From assembly GCA_965261395.1 (NCBI GenBank), contig OZ253462.1:1088001-1152000 (forward strand): 64,000 nt of DNA, written 5' to 3'. The DNA comes from Candidatus Latescibacterota bacterium (GTDB taxonomy: Bacteria > Latescibacterota > UBA2968 > UBA8231). Position 1 is the stretch's first letter. Every line of letters starts with the position of its first letter. Below are positions 1 through 9,214 of the stretch, in pieces. A program made the translations under genes and the position numbers. Under the pieces are notes generated by a model. That model was not told the DNA's origin, searched no databases, and saw only the letters and a list, made by a program, of their open reading frames with translations.

Positions 1-1140
1 CCCATCGATCCAGAAGGTTGCACCCAGGTCCAGCCACATGGTGCCGCGAACGATGGTTGGATTGTAGCCCCAAGCCGTCCACTCGGTCTGGTAGAGTCCA
101 TCGGTGGCTTGATTGGGCGTGCCCCGACCGCCTATTTCGTAGGAGTCCCCGGCGCGTTGTCGCGGATTGAGGGCTAGGTTGTCCCCCTTGGTCCAGACCT
201 GTATTTCGGCAACGCGCGGCACTTCGCGCTCGAAGTAGCGGATAGGTCCCCGTTGCGCTTCGGACACGTCGTTGAAATAGGTGTCCTCGTCGATCTCGAT
301 GAGGAAGCTCCCCGCCGTCAGGCGTTGGTGGACCACCGCGCCCCGCCGCTCAGGCGATAACGCCTGATAGGTGCCGAAGCCGGCGTCCCCCTCGCCGACG
401 AAGTGGTGGCGTTCGAGATCGGACTCGGTAATTTTCAGGCGTATGTACTGAAGAAAAGATCCTCGCAGATCCGGCTGTCCGTCCAGATTGAAGTCGGCGC
501 GCAAAAGAGGCGCGATAGGATAGGACTGCCGCACTAGGCCATCGGCCCCAGGAGGGGGCAAGTCCGTCGCTTTGGTCTCGGCCACTAGTGAGAAACTGAG
601 ACTATTGCCGTCGGGAAAGGGAAATGGCTCTCCGAGGGAGACGAGGAGCGAGAACGCCTTGGGCGCGTCCCCAGCGGGAAAGGAGACAGTGATGCTGTCA
701 ACGAAGGCTAGACGGCCGAGATCGACTAGCAATTCCCAATTGCGCAGCCCTTCGGCGGAAAAATCCGCGGCAGCAGGCTCCCAGAAGGTGTCTAGGTCGC
801 CGTCAATGAGCCGTGGCGCAATGCGATCATTGCTCAGCGCTGTGGCTCCGCCCCGTACGGTCTTGCCGTCGGTGCGCACGGCATCGAGGTAGCTGAACTG
901 CCCGGCGGAGAGGGCGGCGTTGGCCACCTGTGCGACGAGCCGGGGTTGCACGCCGTCGTCCGACAATAAGAATAGACCAGTGGAGTCGGCCCGCTCGTTG
1001 AGGGTGCGCACTACGTCGTTTTGGAATATCCACTCGCGCCAGTGCTCGCTGCGGTCAACGCGGATGGCGTCCGCAGTTAGGCGGTAGCCCTGGCCGCAGA
1101 CGGCCGTGGCGAGGATCAGGACGGCGAGGATCGGGCGCAT
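1..1140 (-). CDS. Secreted protein, N-terminal part (runs off window start); probable paralogue of the upstream FlgD-Ig protein
   Basis: Absent from the ORF track because no stop lies in the window. ATG at 1140 opens a frame reading MRPILAVLILATAVCGQGYRL... (signal peptide-like) to base 1. Contains LIDGDLDTFW and VDLGR/LDLGATF motifs typical of discoidin-like beta-sandwiches. Starts 4 bp after the stop of 1145..3850. Confidence 0.8.
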   Translation of the reverse strand, partial: MRPILAVLILATAVCGQGYRLTADAIRVDRSEHWREWIFQNDVVRTLNERADSTGLFLLSDDGVQPRLVAQVANAALSAGQFSYLDAVRTDGKTVRGGATALSNDRIAPRLIDGDLDTFWEPAAADFSAEGLRNWELLVDLGRLAFVDSITVSFPAGDAPKAFSLLVSLGEPFPFPDGNSLSFSLVAETKATDLPPPGADGLVRQSYPIAPLLRADFNLDGQPDLRGSFLQYIRLKITESDLERHHFVGEGDAGFGTYQALSPERRGAVVHQRLTAGSFLIEIDEDTYFNDVSEAQRGPIRYFEREVPRVAEIQVWTKGDNLALNPRQRAGDSYEIGGRGTPNQATDGLYQTEWTAWGYNPTIVRGTMWLDLGATFWIDG

Positions 1141-1144
1141 CACG

Positions 1145-3850
1145 TTAGTACACCAGCGAGAGGACGCCGAGGGTCTCGGTAGCTGTTTGGTCGGCGGCGA
1201 CTTGCAGGCGATAGAGGTAGAGGCCCGGCATTAGAAGATGGCCCGCTGCGTTGCGACCGTCCCACTCGAGTTTCGTCTGACCTGCCGTGCGCGATACCGG
1301 CCCGACGCGGTGCATCCTGCGCCCCGACAGGTCGAGTATTTCCACCGCGACTTCGACTTGGTCTAAGACAAGAAAGAGGTCGAAGGCGAATTCGATCGCG
1401 TCGTTTATGCCGTCGCCATTGGGCGTAAAGGGGTTGGGGGCGGCCTGGACCCGCAGGTGGCGCGCCTGGATATCGTCGACGATGACCAGCGTCGCGTTGG
1501 TAGCCACTTGCTGCACCGCGTCGCCGTCGCGCACTAGCTGGGGAATCGTCGCCGCCCGCGCGGCGAGGCGGTCGTTCCACACCGATCCTTCGAAGCGAGC
1601 CGAGCCGCGGAAGAGCCGCGTCCGCAAGTCGATCTCGATGCTCTGGCGGGCCTTGAAGTCGGAGGCACCTAGCAGCGGGAACTTGACCAAAAGCCGAGTC
1701 TCGCCGGTCCGGGGGTCCGAGACGATGGTCTGAGCGAACTGGCCGACGACGAAAGGACTGTCTGGTTCTGGCTCCAGACGCAGCGGCTCCACCTGGAGCA
1801 GTGGGTCTTCGGTGTTGTCCACGGGGGACGCGGCAACCTCCTCCCAAGCGCGGCCATCGAACTTAAAAGTGTCGATCCGGGTTGAGGCGTCGGGCACCGT
1901 CAGTTCGATGCGATTGAATCCCCCTTCTTCCCCGTCGGCGAAAAAGGGCCGCAGGAAGTAGCGCAAGGACGCTTCCTCGCCCAGCGCGACGCGCGGCGGA
2001 AAGACCTCGGCGACCAAGCCGCCCGAAATTAGGGGCTCGTCGTAGTCGAATTCGATATAGTCGAGGGCAACTGCGCTCTCGATGGTGCTGTCGAAGAGGA
2101 TGCGGAACTGCAGATAGCGGGTGCCAGTGGGTAGCGGCAGGGACACACCCGCCTCGGACCAGCGCTCTTCGGGCAGGTGCTCGTCGATGAGCCCGTCCTC
2201 AAAACTGAAGGGGGCCGACCAGAAACTCCAGCCCCTCGGGCCGTCGCTGCCCAGATCTGCACCGAGTTCATTGTAGCGAAGTTTGGCCTCGGGAATGCGG
2301 CCCTGGCGCAGCTTGAGCCAGGAAAAGGCGTCGAGCCGCCGGCCGTCCTCGCCGCGGGTGTCGATCTCGTTGGCACCGCTATTGCGGGCGTAGAGGTGCA
2401 TGTTGGGCGCGTCGCCGGCGCGGAACTGGATGCGTACATTGCCAGCGAAACCCGCTTTGCGTCCCCGCCAGCGGACTTTGCCCCAGTTGACCGTCGAGCC
2501 GGGTCGGTCGGGGAACTCGGCCTCGACCACCCCGGCGTCATCGAAGAGTTCAAGCAATTGGCTGTAGCGCCGCGCGCGGGGCGTGGGGGTGCCGACGTCG
2601 ATGACCTCGGAGGTAAAGGAGGCGTCGCTGGGGAAGCCCTCGCCGAAGAGGCCTATCTCTGCCGTTTCCTTGTAATCACCATTGGAATCGAGTGAAGCGA
2701 CATCCAGTCGGCCTATGAGCACCGGCGGGTCGAAGTGCAGGTCCTTGACTGGATCGGTATGTTCTCGCGTCACAGGGACTAGGATCTTCTTTACTTCGAG
2801 GGTCGCCAAAGTGGAGTTGACGGTTGTAGGGTCGCCGTAGACAACGAAGTAGTTGGCGATGGTTGTGACGGGCAGGGTGGGCCGCGGTTGGAAGATAAGG
2901 CGATTGATGTGGTAAAAGCCCATCAGGTTGAGTGACGCTCCCCCCCCATGGATGCCGTAGATGCCGGCGACGCGATAGTCGGTGCTGGTCGTGCCGAAGG
3001 CAGTGGAGAGATCGCCGTCAACCATCTTGCCGTAGTCGATTCGGTTGATGCCGCCACCCGACCCGGATTTGAAATAGTCACCCGAGATGGGGTCGGCTCG
3101 CTCGACGCGTGGGCCGAATTCGCTGGGAATTTCCAGAAAGGGGCTGAGTAACCTGCCGTCCGGCCCCACGCCGCCGAACTCCCCTTGTAGATAGCGCTCG
3201 TTGAGCAGGATGGCTAGATTGCGGCGCTCGTTGAGTTCGATGGGCCGCAGCCAAGTCGCGACCCCGTCGGTGTCGCGCAGCCGCGGCCCGTCCTCGTCGA
3301 TGAGTCCGTCGCCGTCGTCGTCGGTGCCATTGTATGGGTCTTCGTCGGTGCGACCGTCCAGGTCGTCGTCCCCATCGGTCATCAGCCCGTCTTCATTGAG
3401 TCGTCCGTCGCCATCCGAGTCGAGCTGTGGATCGGGTCCGTCCTCGTCAACGCGCCCGTCCAAGTCGCTGTCGAATGCCTCGACGGGGTCTTCGTCGATG
3501 AGTCCGTCGCCGTCGTCGTCGAGCTTATTGGGAGGGTCCTCGTTGAGCTGCCCGTCGCCGTCCGAGTCGAGTTGCGGATCAGGCGGATCTTCGTTGAAAA
3601 GTCCGTCGCCGTCCGAATCGACAAGCTCGACGGGGTCTTCGTCGATGAGTCCGTCGCCGTCGTCGTCGGTGAGGATCTCGACAGCCCAGCCGCGGCCCCA
3701 AGTCAGGCGGCCGGAGACCGGGACGAGATTCCAAGGATGGTCTTGGTCGCCCACTCGCCAATTCCGGATCTCAGCCGGGGCTTGGAAGGGGGAAAGCAGG
3801 AGCAGCAGGAAGAGGACGAGCTTTGGACGCGAATCACCGTGTGCTAGCAT
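1145..3850 (-). CDS. Large secreted protein with acidic Ca-binding-like repeats and C-terminal FlgD-Ig (T9SS CTD-like) domain
   Basis: Signal peptide (KLVLFLLLLLSPFQAPA), eight DxDxDGxx[DN]ED repeats, C-terminal APNPFTPNGDGIND...WDGRN...PGLYLYRL. Start placed at ATG 3850; ORF track extends to 3886. Confidence 0.8.
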   Translation of the reverse strand: MLAHGDSRPKLVLFLLLLLSPFQAPAEIRNWRVGDQDHPWNLVPVSGRLTWGRGWAVEILTDDDGDGLIDEDPVELVDSDGDGLFNEDPPDPQLDSDGDGQLNEDPPNKLDDDGDGLIDEDPVEAFDSDLDGRVDEDGPDPQLDSDGDGRLNEDGLMTDGDDDLDGRTDEDPYNGTDDDGDGLIDEDGPRLRDTDGVATWLRPIELNERRNLAILLNERYLQGEFGGVGPDGRLLSPFLEIPSEFGPRVERADPISGDYFKSGSGGGINRIDYGKMVDGDLSTAFGTTSTDYRVAGIYGIHGGGASLNLMGFYHINRLIFQPRPTLPVTTIANYFVVYGDPTTVNSTLATLEVKKILVPVTREHTDPVKDLHFDPPVLIGRLDVASLDSNGDYKETAEIGLFGEGFPSDASFTSEVIDVGTPTPRARRYSQLLELFDDAGVVEAEFPDRPGSTVNWGKVRWRGRKAGFAGNVRIQFRAGDAPNMHLYARNSGANEIDTRGEDGRRLDAFSWLKLRQGRIPEAKLRYNELGADLGSDGPRGWSFWSAPFSFEDGLIDEHLPEERWSEAGVSLPLPTGTRYLQFRILFDSTIESAVALDYIEFDYDEPLISGGLVAEVFPPRVALGEEASLRYFLRPFFADGEEGGFNRIELTVPDASTRIDTFKFDGRAWEEVAASPVDNTEDPLLQVEPLRLEPEPDSPFVVGQFAQTIVSDPRTGETRLLVKFPLLGASDFKARQSIEIDLRTRLFRGSARFEGSVWNDRLAARAATIPQLVRDGDAVQQVATNATLVIVDDIQARHLRVQAAPNPFTPNGDGINDAIEFAFDLFLVLDQVEVAVEILDLSGRRMHRVGPVSRTAGQTKLEWDGRNAAGHLLMPGLYLYRLQVAADQTATETLGVLSLVY
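3290..3667 (-). repeat. Intragenic tandem repeat: 8 x DxD[GL]DGxx[DN]ED units
   Basis: Directly visible; the DNA string gtcgatgagtccgtcgccgtcgtcgtc recurs near 3296, 3494 and 3641. Confidence 0.9.
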
Positions 3851-4094
3851 AGCGAGCCCTGCTGGGGAAAATGCGATAGCAAGCACCGCCTATCAGGATA
3901 TATGACAAAAGCCGATGCAAGGCAAAGGGTTGTCAACGACTATCCTAAGCAAATTATAAACCGATGGTACGCACTTTGGCAATTAGTGCTACCACGGCTT
4001 ATGAGTACGCCAATGTCAGTGGGGCTTGAGTGTTATAGAGCCTGAGACAGGGATCTTCTGCGGCGAATCTTGCGCGACGAGATGCTCCTCGCTC

Positions 4095-5012
4095 TCAGGC
4101 GAGGGCATTCGCCAGCTTGAGCAGCACGGCCTTCTGGCTGTGCAGGCGGTTTTCGGCTTGGGTGAAGATCAGCGAGCGCTCGTCGTGCAAGAGCGCACCT
4201 TCGATCTCATAGCCGTGGTGGGCGGGGAGGCAGTGCAGGATTTTCAGGTCTAGGCCCGCGAGCAACTCGCGGCTGATCTGATAGGGCTGAAAGGTCTGGA
4301 CCCGGCGCTCCTTTTCGCGGGCGAACTTGGGATCGGTGAAAAACTCCATGTCGATCCAAGTGTCGGTGTACACGACGTCAGACTTTGCCAGCGCCGGGTG
4401 TAGTTCCTCGGTGTGCTCGTAGAGTCCCAAGCGCTTGGCTTCGTCGTAGAGTTCGTCGTCGCGTGCAGCGGCGTTGACTTCGGGGCAGACACAAGTGACG
4501 TGCATGCCCACTTTGACGCCGGCGGCAATGAGCGAGTTGGCGACGTTGTTGAGTACCCCGACGTATGTTAGCCGCACCCCTTCGAGCCGCCCGAAAGCCT
4601 CCTGTAGGGTCATCAAGTCGGTCAGCGCCTGCAAGGGGTGGTAGCGGTTGCAGCAGCCGTTTATCAGGGGCACCTGCGAGGCGGCGGCGGCGCGGCGCAC
4701 ATCGACGTGTTCGAGCAGGCGGGCGACGATGAAGTCGGAGTAGCCGGAGAGTACGCGGAACTCGTCGCCTAAGTCGGCTAGACCGAAGTTGGTGTCCAAC
4801 CAATTCAAGTAGAGGGCGTGGCCGCCTAGCTGGACGGTGCCAATCTCGCCGGCACAGCGGGTGCGGGTCGAAGTCTTCTGGAAGAGCAGAACCACCGTGC
4901 GTCCAGAGAGGGCGTCGGCGTAGTGCTGCGGAGTGGCCTTGACGGCGAGGCCGAGCTCTACCGCTTGCTGCACGTCGGCTGGGGACCAATCCTTTAGGGT
5001 AATTAAATGCAA
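4095..5012 (-). CDS. argF: Ornithine carbamoyltransferase family transcarbamylase
   Basis: FQKTSTRT carbamoyl-phosphate motif, HPLQ, HCLP, QAENR; TTG start. Confidence 0.88.
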   Translation of the reverse strand: MHLITLKDWSPADVQQAVELGLAVKATPQHYADALSGRTVVLLFQKTSTRTRCAGEIGTVQLGGHALYLNWLDTNFGLADLGDEFRVLSGYSDFIVARLLEHVDVRRAAAASQVPLINGCCNRYHPLQALTDLMTLQEAFGRLEGVRLTYVGVLNNVANSLIAAGVKVGMHVTCVCPEVNAAARDDELYDEAKRLGLYEHTEELHPALAKSDVVYTDTWIDMEFFTDPKFAREKERRVQTFQPYQISRELLAGLDLKILHCLPAHHGYEIEGALLHDERSLIFTQAENRLHSQKAVLLKLANALA

Positions 5013-5064
5013 TGGAACGTCTTCCTTACTTTAACTTTATTGCTCTTTTTGGGGGAAAAATCAT

Positions 5065-5092
5065 ATTATAAAAAATAAAAAGTTATAATCAA
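5065..5092 (-). promoter_or_regulatory. Sigma70-type promoter for argF
   Basis: Minus strand TTGATT (5092-5087), 16 nt spacer, TATAAT (5070-5065) in a very AT-rich spacer. Confidence 0.65.
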
Positions 5093-5104
5093 GAATAATT
5101 ATTA

Positions 5105-6052
5105 CTAATTCAAATGGCGACCGATTTCGGTTAGTATGCTCTCAACAATATCTTGGGGCGCACCCGTTAGCTCCAGCCCGGCGGCGCGGGCGTGGCCGCC
5201 GCCGCCAAAGGTGCCAGCGACTTGGCTGACGTCGACCTCGCGGGAGCGCAGGCTGATGCGGTAACATCCGGGCGCGCGTTCCTTGAGCAGCAAGGCCACT
5301 TCGACGCCTCTGATCATCAGGCCGTAGTTGACTACTTCGTCAGGCTCGCCCGCGCCCATGGCCTCGCGATCGAGATGGAGCACCGCCACTCGTCCCCCGA
5401 GGCGCAGCACCAAGCTCTCAATGGCTTGGCCGCGTTGTTTGACCGAGCCGAGACTCTTGTTGCCGAAGACACCCTCGGCGATAGTGTCGAGACGCACGCC
5501 GCGCCGCACTAGATCGGCTGCTACTTCAAAGGTGGTAGCCGTCGTTAGCGAGAAGCGAAAGCCGCCGGTATCGAAGAGAATCCCCGCATAGAGCTGGGCG
5601 GCCGCGACGGCATCGACCTCATGGCCAAGGCCAATGGCGAGATGGTAGAGGAGCTCGCAGGTCGAGCTTATTTCCTCCACGATATTCACTGCACCGAAGC
5701 ACTCATTGCCTCGGTGGTGATCGATGTTGAGGAGGCGGATGTCGGGGCTGAGACTTGGGCGCACCGGACCGATGCGGTCGAGGGAGGGGCAGTCGGCGAC
5801 AATGGCGCAGCGGTAGCGGGTCAAGTCGAGGTCGGCGAAGTGGTGCACGCCGTCCCAGCCGGTGAGAAAGGAGCATTGGCCAGCCGGTGGCTCGGGCAGG
5901 CCGATGTCAGCGCGCTTGCCGAGGCCCCGCAGCAGGTGGGCCCAAGCCATGCAGGCGCCTAGGCCGTCGGCGTCGCTGTTGACATGGGTCGTCAGCAGGA
6001 AGTCGTCTGCTGCCTCAATAAATGCGCGCGTTGCTCTTAGCTGCAGGTCCAA
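5105..6052 (-). CDS. nrnA: DHH/DHHA1 oligoribonuclease / PAP phosphatase
   Basis: THVNSDAD, IDHH, DTGGF and GGGGHARAAG motifs. Confidence 0.88.
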   Translation of the reverse strand: MDLQLRATRAFIEAADDFLLTTHVNSDADGLGACMAWAHLLRGLGKRADIGLPEPPAGQCSFLTGWDGVHHFADLDLTRYRCAIVADCPSLDRIGPVRPSLSPDIRLLNIDHHRGNECFGAVNIVEEISSTCELLYHLAIGLGHEVDAVAAAQLYAGILFDTGGFRFSLTTATTFEVAADLVRRGVRLDTIAEGVFGNKSLGSVKQRGQAIESLVLRLGGRVAVLHLDREAMGAGEPDEVVNYGLMIRGVEVALLLKERAPGCYRISLRSREVDVSQVAGTFGGGGHARAAGLELTGAPQDIVESILTEIGRHLN

Positions 6053-6054
6053 AG

Positions 6055-6813
6055 TTATTTCTCCGCTGGCGGAGCGCGTAGAACGAAGTGAACGCGGTCC
6101 GATTCCTCGGTCCCCTCGTCAAATGTGAAACCGTCGCAGAGCGCGAGCAACTCCCAGGCACTCGCCTCGACGCGGGCGGCGACGGCGGCGACCGGATAGA
6201 TGCGCTGGACGTGGGTTTCCTCTAACGCGATGTCGCTCCCGTCGCCGCGGATGCGGAAGTGATTGCTCTGTAGTCGCTTATCTGGATCGTAGATGCTGTG
6301 CCGCTCGTAGGAAAAACCCGGCCCCTGCTCGCTGTCGCGCATGTTGCGGAAATAGCGCAGTGAATTGCGCTCGGTGCAGATGTCAAAGACGAAAAGCCCA
6401 CCCGGCTGCACAATGGCCTGCGCGCCGTGCAGTGCCGCGTCGAGGTCGGCTGGTGCGAGCAGATAGTTGATGCTGTCGTACAGGCAAGTGGCCGCGTCAA
6501 AAGGCCCTAGGCCCTCTAGCTGGAGCAGGTCCTGCTGGACGAACTCAACGCCGGTGCCAGCGGCCTTGTCGCGCGCGACCTGCAGCATGGCCTCGGAGCG
6601 ATCCACACCCGTTACCTCATAGCCGAGGCGGTGGAGCACAAAAGACACATTGCCGGTGCCGCAGGCCAAGTCCACGACGCGGGCCGTGTCGGGGGCAAAG
6701 TGAGCGAAGAGCGCATCGATGTAAGCGGCCCATTCGCCGTAATCGACGTGGGCCATTACGTAGTCGTAAATGGGGGCCAGCCCTTGATAGGGCGATTGCG
6801 CTGCGCTACCCAC
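6055..6813 (-). CDS. Class I SAM-dependent methyltransferase
   Basis: VVDLACGTG motif I, GVDRS, DSINY. Confidence 0.88.
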   Translation of the reverse strand: MGSAAQSPYQGLAPIYDYVMAHVDYGEWAAYIDALFAHFAPDTARVVDLACGTGNVSFVLHRLGYEVTGVDRSEAMLQVARDKAAGTGVEFVQQDLLQLEGLGPFDAATCLYDSINYLLAPADLDAALHGAQAIVQPGGLFVFDICTERNSLRYFRNMRDSEQGPGFSYERHSIYDPDKRLQSNHFRIRGDGSDIALEETHVQRIYPVAAVAARVEASAWELLALCDGFTFDEGTEESDRVHFVLRAPPAEK

Positions 6814-6823
6814 AGCTTGCCTC

Positions 6824-7105
6824 CTAAAAGCTCAGGTCTTCGTACGGGTCGCGGTGTTCCTCGCGGAGGATCCGATAAAAGCGGCCGCGGTCTCGGCGGG
6901 CGGGCTGGCGCTCCGGGATGCCGAGCACTTCGATATCGAGCAGGCGGGTGGGCGTGGCAAGGTGTATTTGCTCGCCCACGGTCACGGAGTGCGCAGCCTT
7001 GGCCTGCTGGCCGCCGATCTGGACTTGCCCGGCGTCGCAGGCCCGCTTGGCTTCACTGCGCTGCTTGATCAGCCCTGTGTTCTTCAGGAAGATATCCAGT
7101 CGCAT
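6824..7105 (-). CDS. S4 RNA-binding domain protein (Hsp15/RqcP-like)
   Basis: MRLDIFLK...KQRSEAKRAC..G.V S4 signature; 93 aa. Confidence 0.85.
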   Translation of the reverse strand: MRLDIFLKNTGLIKQRSEAKRACDAGQVQIGGQQAKAAHSVTVGEQIHLATPTRLLDIEVLGIPERQPARRDRGRFYRILREEHRDPYEDLSF

Positions 7106-8390
7106 TCCGTACTGGGTGGCGCAAGTTTTCCTCGTCGAGTCGAACCTCGATGTGGATTTGCTGCCGGTATTGGTCGATTAATTGGCGCATGGCTTCTGCG
7201 GTGCGGCTTTCGCGGATCAGGCCTTCGAGCACGGCTTGGTCGTCGTCAATTTTAATGATGTGGCCGCCATCGTCAAAAAAGAAGGGTTCGCTGACGTCTC
7301 CCAGCTTGAGGTTGCGGAGGTAGGGCTGGAGGAATTCGGGGATCCCTTCCTTGGGGAAGGTGCCCCAGAGGCCGCCCTGCATGGCCGTCTGCGGGTTGGC
7401 CGAATACTGGCGGGCGAGCTGGGAAAACTCCTCGCCGTTCTGGGCGCGGTGGCGCAAGTCCGCTAGCGTTTCTCGCGCCCGCGCCTCGTCGCTTTCCGAG
7501 GTTCTGGCCAAGACCAGGATGTGGCTGGCGCAGATGGTGGTTTCGCGCTTTTCGCGCACCTGTATCAAGTGGTAGCCATACGGACTCAAAACCGGCTCGC
7601 TAGTCTGGCCTGGTTTGAGCGCGAAGGCCGCTTCCTCAAACTCGGGCACCAAGGTCCCAGGCGAGAAACAGCCCAGGTCGCCGCCGAGAGAGGCACTGCC
7701 GGGATCTTCAGAGTGGTCGCGGGCTATGGTAGCGAAATCGCCGCCAGCGGCCAGCAGGGCTTGGATCTCCTCGATCCGCGCCCGTTTCTCTTTGAGGACC
7801 TCACCGCTGGGCTGAATCTTGATCAGAATATGGCTGAGCGAGATTTGGGAGGGCAAGGTGTCTTGGTGGGCGATGCGGAACGCCTCTACGTCGCGGTGGC
7901 CGACGTGTACCCGATACGAGACAACGGCACGCATCTGGCGCGAGAGCAGGCGGTGGCGGATTTCCTTGCGGTAGCGAGCCTTGAGTTGGCGCTCGCTCAA
8001 GCCCACGCGCTCTAGCATCTGCTCGAATTGCCCGTCGTCCATGCTGCTCTTGGCCAGCTGGAACTGCTGGCCAAGCATTTCCTCGACTTCGGATGGGTCG
8101 ATCTGAATGCTGTCCTGCTTGGCCTTGAGAACCAGTACTTGTTCGTCGATCATGGCGTCGAGGATCTCGTGGCGGAGTGCCTTGATCTGCTCGGATTCGG
8201 CAAAGACCGAGATCCCGCGCTGCTCGGCTTCAAAGCGCAGTCGGTAGTTGAGTTCGGACCAGAGGATCGTGTGGTTGTCAACGGTGGCGACGATGCGGTC
8301 GATGAGTTCGGGCAAGGCTCCTGCCCTCGGCGCGATACACAGCGCAAGGCAGAGCGCTAACAGCAAGCGATTTGGCGAATGCAGTGGCAT
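7053..8390 (-). CDS. surA: SurA-like chaperone / parvulin peptidylprolyl isomerase
   Basis: Signal peptide, IDRIVATVD N-domain, two parvulin domains (SHILI...GGDLG...GYHLI; SHILV...GGLWG); start placed at ATG 8390. Confidence 0.8.
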   Translation of the reverse strand: MPLHSPNRLLLALCLALCIAPRAGALPELIDRIVATVDNHTILWSELNYRLRFEAEQRGISVFAESEQIKALRHEILDAMIDEQVLVLKAKQDSIQIDPSEVEEMLGQQFQLAKSSMDDGQFEQMLERVGLSERQLKARYRKEIRHRLLSRQMRAVVSYRVHVGHRDVEAFRIAHQDTLPSQISLSHILIKIQPSGEVLKEKRARIEEIQALLAAGGDFATIARDHSEDPGSASLGGDLGCFSPGTLVPEFEEAAFALKPGQTSEPVLSPYGYHLIQVREKRETTICASHILVLARTSESDEARARETLADLRHRAQNGEEFSQLARQYSANPQTAMQGGLWGTFPKEGIPEFLQPYLRNLKLGDVSEPFFFDDGGHIIKIDDDQAVLEGLIRESRTAEAMRQLIDQYRQQIHIEVRLDEENLRHPVRNATGYLPEEHRADQAAQ

Positions 8391-8392
8391 AC

Positions 8393-9214
8393 TCAGGGAG
8401 GGGTGGGGGCTGCGATAGCCCAATCTATGGAGTTTTTGAGTTTGGCGACGAGTTGGTCGAGCTGAGATTGATGATGCTCGCGCACCAGCGCCTCGACGAT
8501 CTGGGAGCGCACTTGTGTGAGGTCGCGGACCGTGCCCACCTCGCAGCGCTCTAGAATCTGGATGAGGTGGTGGCCGTACTCAGTTGGCACCGGCTCGGAG
8601 ATGCGCTTGAGCGGTAAATCTTGGCACGCGGCCCACAGCACGGGATTTTCTGCTTCGGAGAAATAGCCCAACTCGCCTCCCTCGTTGCGGGTGGCGGCAT
8701 CGTGTGAGTATTTGTGGGCCATCTCGGTAAAACTCTCGCCTCGCTGTAGCAGGGTTTGACGCCGGGCATTGGCCTCGCGCTGGCTGGTCAGGAGGATGTG
8801 CCGCGCCTTAATCTCGGGGCGAAGTCGCTGAAAATCAGCTTGATGTGCGTCGTAGTAGCGGCGGATCGCGGCATCGCTGAAGGCGAGTTCACGGTCTTGG
8901 AACTCGGCGTCGAGCAGAGCCGCCACCAGCAGGTCTCGCCGCATTTGATCTAGGAGCGTTTGGAGCCGCTCCTGCTGGTGGAGCCCGCGGGTGAGAGCTT
9001 CTTGATAGAGCAATTCTTGGCGCACCCAGTTCTCGATGAACTGCTCCCGCTCGCCTTCGGCTAGCTCGGTGTCGAGGCCGGGCGCGAATTGGCTTGCGAA
9101 CTCGCTCTCTGTGAGCTCGGCGTCTCCGACGCGGGCGACGATGTCGCGGGTGTTCGACGGTTCACACCCCGGCAGCAGGCTAAGCGCGAGCGCGATGGCA
9201 AGCAGTGTTTTCAG
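8393..9214 (-). CDS. Parvulin-type PPIase lipoprotein (PrsA-like), probable CTG start
   Basis: ARHILL...GGELGY...YGHHLI parvulin domain. The frame extends 63 codons upstream of the ORF-track start to CTG 9214, preceded by GGAGG, giving KTLLAIALALSLLPG-C (lipobox-like). Confidence 0.8.
   Translation of the reverse strand: MKTLLAIALALSLLPGCEPSNTRDIVARVGDAELTESEFASQFAPGLDTELAEGEREQFIENWVRQELLYQEALTRGLHQQERLQTLLDQMRRDLLVAALLDAEFQDRELAFSDAAIRRYYDAHQADFQRLRPEIKARHILLTSQREANARRQTLLQRGESFTEMAHKYSHDAATRNEGGELGYFSEAENPVLWAACQDLPLKRISEPVPTEYGHHLIQILERCEVGTVRDLTQVRSQIVEALVREHHQSQLDQLVAKLKNSIDWAIAAPTPP

Noticed and set aside
3290-3667. Possible CRISPR-like repeat array
   Set aside because: Repeats are in-frame coding units with related intervening sequence; no cas genes
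3201-3905. Ser-rich 234-aa plus-strand ORF and the many similar antisense ORFs
   Set aside because: Shadows of real minus-strand genes in GC-rich DNA (GAC codons read as TCG/GTC)
3966-3993. Imperfect inverted repeat GGTACGCACT...AGTGCTACC as CIRCE or sigma54 site
   Set aside because: Spacing fits neither consensus
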